Assembly (NCBI GenBank): GCA_051294375.1 | Contig: CM119266.1 | Location: 10,131,677-10,195,676, forward strand | DNA: 64,000 nucleotides | Direction of reading: 5' to 3' | Source of the DNA: Paraspadella gotoi | Taxonomy: Eukaryota > Animalia > Chaetognatha | Part shown: positions 1 to 10,070 of the stretch, piece after piece | Layout: every line of letters starts with the position of its first letter | Numbering within the stretch: the stretch's first letter is position 1 | The notes under the pieces: generated by a model | What the model saw: only the letters and a program-made list of their open reading frames with translations | Database searches by the model: none | Told to the model about the DNA's origin: nothing | Position numbers and translations under genes: made by a program

Positions 1-437
1 AGATGTGTATATTTGAAAATAAAACATTGTTAAGACGAAGAATTTAAAAAAAAATTGAAATAAACATTAAAATCCGGATGAATTAATTAAAGAACGAAGA
101 CAGGATTTAAGAAAAGCTGAGACAAAAGACAAAAGCGAAACGAGACAAAGAAATGACGTCAAGTGTCTCCGAAAAAAAGTTTGAAATTCGAGGCGACGAC
201 AGGACCGACTCTTTCGAGGTCGAGAAGTCGCGGACCCGCGGACCTCGAGGAAACTCGCGCTTATTGGGGTCAAACGCCTCAACCATCGAGTCCAACGCTG
301 AACAATGGGGAAAAGAGACTTTTTTTTTGGGGGGGGGGGAGAAAGAAACTTTTAAAGCCTTTTAAAAAAGAAGGACGGATGGGGAAATCTGGTGATTCGA
401 GATTGTAAGAATAGTAGAAGTCATGCCTCTTTTTTTT

Positions 438-1372
438 NNNNNNNNNNNNNNNNNNNNNNNNNNNNNNNNNNNNNNNNNNNNNNNNNNNNNNNNNNNNNNN
501 NNNNNNNNNNNNNNNNNNNNNNNNNNNNNNNNNNNNNNNNNNNNNNNNNNNNNNNNNNNNNNNNNNNNNNNNNNNNNNNNNNNNNNNNNNNNNNNNNNNN
601 NNNNNNNNNNNNNNNNNNNNNNNNNNNNNNNNNNNNNNNNNNNNNNNNNNNNNNNNNNNNNNNNNNNNAAGCTTGCAGGGACCTGCCTTGTCATGGCAGC
701 TTGTGATGTAGGCCAAACCACCAAAGCCCGTCAAAAGTCAGGGGCAAGATCGTTTATTTATTAAATAAATAAAATTTCTCTAAAATTAATGATGCTGTGA
801 AGCCAGGNNNNNNNNNNNNNNNNNNNNNNNNNNNNNNNNNNNNNNNNNNNNNNNNNNNNNNNNNNNNNNNNNNNNNNNNNNNNNNNNNNNNNNNNNNNNN
901 NNNNNNNNNNNNNNNNNNNNNNNNNNNNNNNNNNNNNNNNNNNNNNNNNNNNNNNNNNNNNNNNNNNNNNNNNNNNNNNNNNNNNNNNNNNNNNNNNNNN
1001 NNNNNNNNNNNNNNNNNNNNNNNNNNNNNNNNNNNNNNNNNNNNNNNNNNNNNNNNNNNNNNNNNNNNNNNNNNNNNNNNNNNNNNNNNNNNNNNNNNNN
1101 NNNNNNNNNNNNNNNNNNNNNNNNNNNNNNNNNNNNNNNNNNNNNNNNNNNNNNNNNNNNNNNNNNNNNNNNNNNNNNNNNNNNNNNNNNNNNNNNNNNN
1201 NNNNNNNNNNNNNNNNNNNNNNNNNNNNNNNNNNNNNNNNNNNNNNNNNNNNNNNNNNNNNNNNNNNNNNNNNNNNNNNNNNNNNNNNNNNNNNNNNNNN
1301 NNNNNNNNNNNNNNNNNNNNNNNNNNNNNNNNNNNNNNNNNNNNNNNNNNNNNNNNNNNNNNNNNNNNNNNN
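438..1372. other. Two assembly gaps (N at 438-668 and 808-1372)
   Basis: Runs of N. ORFs containing X here are meaningless. Confidence 0.99.
717..775 (+). repeat. Dispersed repeat family R1 (partial copy)
   Basis: ACCACCAAAGCC..AAGTCAGGGGCAAGATCGTTTATTTATTAAAT, shared with ~1374-1465, ~4408-4485, ~19771-19845 and, inverted, ~55988-56048 and ~63021-63078. Confidence 0.7.
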
Positions 1373-1373
1373 C

Positions 1374-1465
1374 CAAACCACCAAAGCCTGTCCAAAGTCA
1401 GGGGAAAGATCGTTTATTTATTAAATGAATGGATAATCTTTATATTAGTTGTACCAATTTCATAA
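1374..1465 (+). repeat. Dispersed repeat family R1
   Basis: CAAAGTCAGGGGAAAGATCGTTTATTTATTAAATGAATGGATAATCTTTATATTAGTTGTACCAATTTCAT; close match to the 4408-4485 copy and to the reverse complement at 63021-63078. Confidence 0.75.
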
Positions 1466-1640
1466 TCAATTAGAAATATCATGTGTCTGCTTCTGTGACC
1501 TGAAAAAGAAATAGAATGCGATCGAGATTGCAAAATTATTTGCCATTTTTAAAAAAATATTATCCAGCACTTTAAGGCTTGCATCTTTGGCCTACACTAA
1601 TTCCTTTACTAAAATTATAAAATGATGAAGTTATTTTCAG

Positions 1641-1972
1641 GCCGCCCAGTCCGTCTCCAGACTTCCTAAATAAAAATAAGTAAAAACGAAAAAGCTAAAA
1701 AAGCAAAAGAAGCGAAAAAAAATCGAAGAGCGCCAACGGCGGAAATTATAACTTTCCTCTTCGTCTGACTTCCTACGCGGCGGAGGGAAAAATTACGAGA
1801 GAAGACAGACACCCATACCTCATCAGCGGAGCCGATTGCCCCCGGCGGCACACAGCTCTTCTCTGGCCGTATACATATATAGGCTTCGAAAAACGGAGCC
1901 CTCTCGCCTCTTCACCGTGCCCACTGCCCAGCCGCAGCCCCGGCCAAAGCTCGGCTCGAACAAAGGAGGCAC
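1641..1972 (+). other. Possible exon of an unidentified gene
   Basis: GC-richer block after a TTTTCAG acceptor-like site. No continuous frame and no recognisable domain. Confidence 0.2.
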
Positions 1973-2834
1973 AAAAAAAAAAGTAAAAAATAAAATCCCG
2001 CCCCCCCTCTGTAAGTTTTCTTTTTTTTATTCTTTGGTTGGAAGAAGAAAAAGAAAAGTTGTTTTTCTTTCTTTCTTTGGTCATTATCATAATATTATTT
2101 TAGAGGCTGGACACTTTCACGGGGGCGTTAGTATTTTTTTTTGTTGATAATAGATGCGTGATCTTTGGTATATAACCGGGACTAATAAGTAAAAGCTGTA
2201 TCTGTGTTATAGGTAAATTAGGTAATAATCAATTAGAAAAATAAAGTAAAATGAAGGAGTTAGTTATGATGCGAGATACGCTTATTTATATTAATCACAG
2301 TCAAAATGTAAAGAAAGACAAAAACTAAAAATTTTAGCGAAAATAAAAACAACGTAATTATTAATATATTAATTTCGAAATTTTCTATTCGTTCCAAAAG
2401 ATAGGAGTCAAATTCATTCGGACAAAGTTAACGATTGTGAACCAAAAAAAAACCACGAAAGTGAAATCACAGATTCGCGAAATTCATTCGCGTGAAAAAA
2501 AGAAAGTCTGACCTTGACGAGGTTATCGACCGCGTGGGGTCACCTTCGAAAAAAAAAAAAAAAAGAAGAAGATAAAGTCGAAGTGACCAAAATATCTCGT
2601 TTGGCGGTTCGTTGCAGAGATGCATTGGGGAAAGGGTTTGTGAAGCCGTGGTGAAGCCGTGACGAAGCCGCTCACGAAACGATAAGTTAATAAAATCGTG
2701 ACGAGTAAAAATCGTGTTATTCCTCGCCGGTTGATTGAGTTATTTTAATTCGACGGAAATTTTATTTTATTTAGTGAAATCATTTTTTTTTCAGACCGAT
2801 TGAGTTTTTTTTTTATCTCGTCCATAGTTGATGG

Positions 2835-3101
<267 letters not shown>

Positions 3102-4407
3102 TTTGTCTTCATCTTATTCATCTTCCCGTTTCATCTCGTTCGCTGTCTCTCTCTCTGTTTTTTGTCTCCTTCCTCTTTCTTTCCGTCCCTTTTATTTCCT
3201 TTTTTCCCTCTCTCTTAATTTCCATGTTTTTTTTAATTTTTTTATTATTTTCTTTTCTTCTCTTTTCTTCTCTTTTCTTCTCTTTTTCGCTCGATATTCT
3301 CGTCTCGGAATTCAGTCATGGGTTTTTTTTATCGACCAAAAAGAGAAGACGATGCAGAAAATGAAAAGAAATGAAAAAAAAAAGTTTATTGAAAAACAAG
3401 AATAAATAAATTTTAGAATATATTAATATTATATCTTCGGAAGAATGCGATAAATTTCAAAATTTATTGCGTTTTTCGTGTTGCTTACGTAACATGTGAC
3501 TCGTTTAACACATCATTTTTATCCTTTTTCTTATACGTAATGGAAAAATATATATTTTGCCTCGAGTAATTCGTAAAAATTAATAGGCAAATACTTAACG
3601 CCACCCAAAGGCTTTCGGAGTACTACATAACAACCCAGCAACCCAACTTATTTAATTTACACACCGACTATGCTTCAACCGAAAAATCGCTCGCCGCCTC
3701 ACGGAAAGGGACTTGTACCGTCCTTACTCGACCTTGAATTAAAGTTTTCCCCGCCCGATCTTTATTAGAAATTCAGATTCTTTCCTTTTTTTATAATAAG
3801 AAAAAAAAATCGCCTTTCTCGACGCCCCGACCCCCCCCCCTTTTTTTTCAGACTCCAACGTGGAATTTTTATCGATTTGGCAGCGACCGACCTTTTGGGT
3901 AGAATTCGCTCGCTCCTTTTTTTTTCGCGATATAAAAAGATTAAAGATTCCTTCTGCTGTAGAACTCTTGAGGAATGTTTTTTCCCTCCTAACTTCGTTT
4001 CAAAAGTTAAAACGTTAACTGGTTTAATTTCCTACCCAACCATCTCAGCAAAGATCTATTGCATAAAAAACTAAGTTTACCAAAAATCTCATCAAGTAAA
4101 GTCTCCACATAAGACCAAATTGTTAATTAATTACGGCACAAGGAATAAGATTCTAATCTACGTAAATATTTTTAAAAATCGTTATTTTTTTATAAAAATG
4201 ACCTACTTAACGCGATAATGCTAGAATAGAATTAAGTATTAATAGTTTAAGTATTGACTTTTTTAAAAGGGAAAAAAAAGATAAGGGGATCAAAACGTCT
4301 GCGAATAATAAATTGATTTATAAAAAGGGAATAAAAGTTACAGTAATAGCATTCTTACAGGGTCCTGCTATGTCATTATCTTGTAAGAGCGATGGGGGCC
4401 TCAAAAG

Positions 4408-4485
4408 CACCAAGGCCTATCTAAAGTCAGGGGCAAGATAGCACATTTATTAAATGAATGGATAATTTTCATATTGGTTGTACTA
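4408..4485 (+). repeat. Dispersed repeat family R1, abutting the tRNA-derived element
   Basis: CACCAAGGCCTATCTAAAGTCAGGGGCAAGATAGCACATTTATTAAATGAATGGATAATTTTCATATTGGTTGTAC. Confidence 0.7.
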
Positions 4486-4491
4486 AGGTAC

Positions 4492-4723
4492 TGAAGAGAC
4501 AGTAATAATTGTTGTGTTAGTGACAGAACCGTTCCATATAAGCAGTCCCTGAGCTTTGGATCAGGCTGTAACACCATTATACAGGTGGGTTAAGCGCCGT
4601 GTCCCTCTTAACTGCTAGGCGACCACCGGGCTAGAACCCCGGACCTTTGGGTTGGGAGACGAATGACTTGCCTCCGGCACCAATGGCCGCTGATGAACGG
4701 TTGGTGGATTTTGATCCACCATA
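4492..4723 (-). mobile_element. tRNA-derived SINE-like element, copy A
   Basis: Minus strand 4690->4619 is a 72-nt tRNA-like head: acceptor GCGGCCA/TGGTCGC, A-box-like TGGTGCCGGAGG, loop CTCCCAA, T-arm CCGGG-GTTCTAG-CCCGG. A conserved ~125-nt body follows. Five copies in the window. Confidence 0.8.
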
Positions 4724-4817
4724 TTACACAAATAGAAAACTTACGCGATAGGAAAATATACACCGAAAAAAATTAACAAAATTACATACAATAGTATAAA
4801 AAGTTAAACGAATACTG

Positions 4818-5051
4818 TATGGTGGACTAAAATCCACCAACTGTTCATCAGCGGCCATTGGTGCCGGAGGCAAGTCATTCGCCTCCCAACCCAAAGGTCC
4901 GGGGTTCTAGCCTGGTGGTCACCTGGCAGTTAAGAGGGACGGGGCGCTTAACCCGCCTGTAACACGGTGTTACAGCCTGATCCGAAACTCAGGGACTGCT
5001 TATATGGAACGGTTCTGTCATTAACACATAACAATTATCACTGTCTCTTCA
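4818..5051 (+). mobile_element. tRNA-derived SINE-like element, copy B (inverted relative to A)
   Basis: Reverse complement of 4492-4723 with scattered substitutions; tRNA-like head at 4851-4922. Confidence 0.8.
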
Positions 5052-5135
5052 ACTGGAACTTGATATAAAGTAACATGCGGCAAAGCAACATTTTGTTTAC
5101 AATAGTTTACAATAAACAAACCACTTCGGATCCCA

Positions 5136-6116
5136 CTAACGAGGATGACTCTTCGCCAAGTGACCCTTGAGCGTCTTCTCGTTGAGACAAGCGACGCCGC
5201 ACACGGGACATTTCACCCAATTCTCGTCCGGGTCGCTTTGGACATGTTCCTCAAGGATGCGTTGCCTCGCCTCGTGGACATCCTCTTTCACTTCAACCTC
5301 CACCGAATCTTCCGAACCTCTCTTCAAGAACTGTAAGCGTCGCTCCAAATCCTCCGTCCCACTCGCGTTTGGCCCCGCCTCCGGAGGCTCGTCGAAGCTC
5401 GCCAACTGTTTCGAGCTCCGCACTTTGGCCAACTGCATCAACGGATTCTGCAGATGATCGGAAGACTCGCTCGCATGCTCCGCCTCTAACGCGTCCACCA
5501 ACGCGTTGAACTTTTCGTCCGTCTCTCGCTTCCGCGCCAGATGGTCCAAGTGTTGCTGCAATTCCTTGGCGACTTCTTGCTCGTTATTTTCGTCTATTTC
5601 TCGGTTGTGGAATAAATTCTCCAAGCGACGCGGCAGACCGACGTCGGCGCTGCGCTGCCGCTCCGAATGCAGAGTGTCGAGCATCGCAAGAGTCTTGTCG
5701 TCAGGGTTTTGGCTCGGGAGAGGAAGATCGTTGAGCGTTGGTTGCACGGATATTGGTTGAACGGATATCGGCTGACCGGTCGTTAGCTGACCGAGCAACG
5801 GCTGAGCGGACGTCGGTTGACCGGACGTCGTCACTGCAACCGCCGTGGCTCCTTTCTTTTCGGGTTCCACCTTCTCGTCGGGCTTTTCCTTCGCATCTTC
5901 ATATCCCATGAGTTTCTTTGCCATTTCCATCATCTGCGTCGCCAATTCCATCTTTTGTTTCTCCTTGTCCTTGTCTTTGTCTTCTTTGTTGTCCTTCGCG
6001 GTCGTAGTTTCGCCTTCTTTGTCCCGATTGTCTTTTTTGTCGTCTTCGTCGTCATTTTCATCCTTGTAACCCGCGTAGTATTTCGCCCCTTTCAACAATT
6101 TCCCGGCAAATTCCAT
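5136..6116 (-). CDS. Intronless 326-aa protein with duplicated N-terminal motif, MIM1-like motif and C-terminal C2H2 zinc finger
   Basis: Uninterrupted non-microsatellite ORF with AAAAATGG start context. C-terminal CPVC-x12-H-x4-H (CPVCGVACLNEKTLKGHLAKSH). LERRLQFLK fits LxxRLxxLK. Confidence 0.8.
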   Translation of the reverse strand: MEFAGKLLKGAKYYAGYKDENDDEDDKKDNRDKEGETTTAKDNKEDKDKDKEKQKMELATQMMEMAKKLMGYEDAKEKPDEKVEPEKKGATAVAVTTSGQPTSAQPLLGQLTTGQPISVQPISVQPTLNDLPLPSQNPDDKTLAMLDTLHSERQRSADVGLPRRLENLFHNREIDENNEQEVAKELQQHLDHLARKRETDEKFNALVDALEAEHASESSDHLQNPLMQLAKVRSSKQLASFDEPPEAGPNASGTEDLERRLQFLKRGSEDSVEVEVKEDVHEARQRILEEHVQSDPDENWVKCPVCGVACLNEKTLKGHLAKSHPR

Positions 6117-6682
6117 TTTTCTTTTATGATTCCGATATTTACATAAAACATATATATATAATTAATATATTAGGTGGACCAATTCAGTATTCGTTTATTG
6201 TTTTGCTTTATCTTTGAATCACGTATATTTCACGATATTTAAAGTCGACTGAAAAAAAATCCGACACAGAAATTCGTGTAACCGGTTTCGTTAGTAAACT
6301 CGTTCGAAGACAGTCGACGCGAAAAATTTCGAAAAGACAAACGGCGAACCTGAGTTAATTTTTTTTTCGAAGGTCTGATTAATATTAACGTTGACATTAA
6401 TAATTATCCGTTACTGAATATGACTAGAATTTTGATAATAGTTAATAATTGTATCAACTATATCTCGACAAGGATTATTATTTCGTCGTTGCTCTTGGGC
6501 ATTGGCCAGAAAACGGCATTAGAAATACGATCGCCAACTCGATACTTATTATTGCCTCTAACGACAACGCGATGCCAAGCTGGACCCGGTCACGCGGAAA
6601 ATGGCGCCGAGATGGGGGGCGAGGTTTGATATCTCACTACCGGCGGTAATGGGAAACCTCATTTCGATTTTGATAGAGAGAA

Positions 6683-7018
6683 AAAAAGCGGAGAGAGAGA
6701 GAGGAGAGAAAGAGAGAGAGAGAAGAAGAGAGAGAGCAGAGAGAGACGAGAGAAAGAGAAGAGCAGAGACAGACTGGTGTGGAGGACGAACCATAAAAAG
6801 TGAAAGTACTACGAGTCAGTAAATTGCTTGCAAAGAATGGGAAGCGAGCAAGCTGAAAAGCACGAAAACAGCAAGTTAGGATGCAAATCCAAAAGGAAGC
6901 AAAGAGAGAGAGAGTGAGAGGAGAGAGAGAAGAGAGAGAGAGAGAGAAGAGAAGAGAGAGAGAGAGAGACGAGAGAGAGAGAGAAGAGAGAGAGAGAGGA
7001 AGATGGAGAGGAAGAGAG
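6683..7018. repeat. Degenerate (GA)n tracts
   Basis: Direct. Confidence 0.9.
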
Positions 7019-7152
7019 TCGACAAGTAAGGTTTTCGCTTAATGATCTCTCTCGTTAATGATTTTTGAGACGACGAAAAAGTTGTTAATGACTCGACGGA
7101 CGGAAATAAAATAAACTGGTTTATAACTTGCGAAATAGGAACAAGGTTTTAG

Positions 7153-7443
7153 ATGGTCTCTGTGCCTCTCGTGTGTCACTGCCCGCGACCTCGTTGCCTC
7201 TTCGTCACGACTTACATATGCCGTCTCACACGGGCGTCGCGCGCCAGCACTTCGGTCGCTTGCGCCCGACCGCCGCTGACACGGGCGCAAGCGACAAAAT
7301 CTTTTATTGAAGTTGAATTCGCTTCTTGCTCTTGTGACGATCTCCGCTCTTCGCCGGCACAGAAGGGAAAGGCCGCCGAAGAAGCCGCCTCCGATGACGC
7401 TGCTGCTATCTCCGAAACACTAATCCGACTTCATATAGGCGAG
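7153..7443 (+). other. Possible frameshifted exon of an unidentified gene
   Basis: GC-rich block between TTTTAG (ends 7152) and GAG|GTGAG (7444). Peptide fragments DLHMPSHTGVARQHF and FIEVEF...AISETLIRLH lie in different frames. Confidence 0.3.
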
Positions 7444-8536
7444 GTGAGAGAGCGGTAAATGTATTTTGTGTGAAAAACTTGATTTTATAATTAATATACG
7501 TATGCTCTTGAGAAGAAAGCTTTATTAAACTTTCATAGACACACACGAACCCACAAACACAACCACACTCAGACCCCACATTCAAATAAACTCCACAAAC
7601 TCCATTACAATTCTTCACGCTTTCTGCTCTCTTCCCGGCCCGCCCGAAAATCCGCGAAAATTCCTCGCCTCCCTGTACAGCTTTAGCGCTGTACTGTATT
7701 TCACCGTTTCAAACGTTCGAAGGGCTAAAAAAGTAACGAGGGTTTTCGCGGACTGAAAGTCGTTAACCGGGTTCAACCGGGACCGCTGTTCAGTAAACCG
7801 GGTTTTGCCTCTCAGGAAAAAAAAAAAAAAAAAAAAAAAACTCGGGTCCGTTCCCCCAACTGGCGCGGGCCAACGGATTTATTGTTCTCAAAGTAAAACG
7901 GTAAAAACGCCTCCGGAACACGAAAACATTAACCCGGCGAACCCGAGGAAACACCCCCTTCGCGAAAGAAACGGGAAGAGGGGAAAAGGGGGGGCGGGGG
8001 TAAAATAGAATGAAGAAAAGGGAATATCATAATGAAGTAAATGAATAATGACGACGAAACAATGAAGGAACGCGAGAAAACGAGTTTAGTATGACAGGGA
8101 ATAAAACGGGGAAACTTTGATCAAAGGAAGAAACATAATGAAGAAGCAAAAAAACAGGTTTTAATGAAAGTGAGTTTGACTTACCTTTTTTTGGAGGTCG
8201 AACCACCGTCCGTCAGAATCGTTATTAGTTTAGATCCGATCATCGTTGTTTATTCAATTTCGATGTTTCACGAGATTAATTATTTTCTTTTATTATTTTC
8301 TATCGGTCCTTTTATTTCGTTATTTTCCTTATGCCGATTGCAGAGCATTGAAAAAAATATTTATTGAGTCCCGAAAATTTTGCAATTTTGCATAATCGAA
8401 AAATACGATGGGAAGTTGAGAATTAATTTAATTGCGATGGTTGTAGTTTTTGTTGGTTTGCCTTTTTTGACTTTACTTGTTGCATAATGCCTACTGTATG
8501 GCTAGTTTGGAAACTGCATTGATTGATTTGCGTTAA

Positions 8537-8615
8537 TTTTCTTTTTTTTCTTTTTTTTCTTTTCTTTTCTTTTCTTTTCTTTTCTTTTCTTTTCTTTTCT
8601 TTTCTTTTCTTTTTT

Positions 8616-8698
<83 letters not shown>

Positions 8699-8700
8699 CT
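8537..8700. repeat. (CTTTT)n and (CTTT)n microsatellite
   Basis: Direct. Confidence 0.95.
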
Positions 8701-8979
8701 ATCTCTCCCTTGTCCGCTGTCACGATAGTTTTGTCTTTCGTCGCCGATCGCAGCTAATTTTCCCTTGCATCGGAGAAATTTATCAACCCAAAAAGCAAAA
8801 AAAAAAAGAGCAAAAGAGCAAGAAAGATATTATAAGGAAAATGCAATTTAGAGATTAGAAAAAAAAAAGACAAAAAAGCTGGTTTATTGCGGCCGTTCTC
8901 TGAAAGATGGAGAGATGGAAGACGATGGAGAGAGGGAAGAGAGGAGAGAAGAGAGTGAGAGAGAGAGAGGGAGATAGAG

Positions 8980-9010
<31 letters not shown>

Positions 9011-9953
9011 GAGTACGCTTCGAGAAAGTTCCGAGAAGAAGAAGGAGGAAGAAGAAGGAGAAGGAAGGAAGAAAGAAGAAGCGGAGAATTAAAGGCCAAA
9101 GACCCGGGAACGGAGGAAAGAAAAGAAGAGAAAGGCATGGGTAAGAGGAGGAGGAGGAGGAGGAAGAGGAAGACTGGGGAGATACATTGGAGGAAACGGA
9201 GGAAGAGGAAGAAGAAGAAAAAAAAAATAAAAAGAGAAATGAAGAGATAATGAAGATCGAAACGATGCTTTTATTACCCACAACACAAACAACAACTACC
9301 GCAAGAAACAACAGCAAAACATGAAAACTGAAGAAGTTTGTTTTTTTGTTTTTTTGTAAATAAAACAAACGATAAAACTTAAGAATTGAATATAAAAAAG
9401 AAAAATTGAGATCGAATGCAACTGATTATAAAACAGATTCTTTCGCTTTATAAAATTTGAAGAGGCTATCGGAGACGAATGACGACGAACAACGACGAAC
9501 AACAACGAAAGAAAGAGAACCAGGACAAACGACGACGAACGATGACGAACGATGACGACGAACGATGACGAACGACGGAGAACGACGATGGCACACGAAA
9601 TGAAAAAATGAAATAAGAGGAATTCCATGACGAGAGGAAAAACTTGTGGAAGCGACTTTTTGTTTTGTTTTTTTCTTTTTTGGGGAGGAGAGGAGGAGGA
9701 AGAGGAGGAGGAGGAGGAGGAGGAGGAGGAAATGTGATTTTTAGAGTTTGAGCAAACAATCAACCGTAAACAGCTGATCAGATTATTAATTTTTTGCGAT
9801 CATACTTTGTAGTTAGATAACTTACACTATAAAAATAGGGATGCATAACTTGAAGGGTTGGGGAAAAAATGTGTACTATCTCGCGAATCATCGTTAAAAT
9901 AGAATGAAAAAAGGCATGCCCGAGCAAGGATCGTCTTGCCCAGACCGATATCG

Positions 9954-10070
9954 ACAACATCAACAACATCAACAACATCAACAACATCAACAACATCAAC
10001 AACATCAACAACATCAACAACATCAACAACATTCAACAACATCAACAACATCAACAACATCAACAACAAC
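9954..10070. repeat. 9-bp tandem repeat (CAACAACAT)n
   Basis: About 12 units. Confidence 0.95.

Noticed and set aside
279-1465. Long ORFs containing X runs
   Set aside because: They read through N gaps.
4619-4690. Functional tRNA-Gly(CCC) gene
   Set aside because: Acceptor and T stems pair, but the anticodon stem is broken and the T-loop is non-canonical. It is always embedded in the same ~230-bp repeat.
4689-4745. Hammerhead ribozyme suggested by CTGATGA
   Set aside because: No correctly placed GAAA after a stem II, and no stem I/III pairing.
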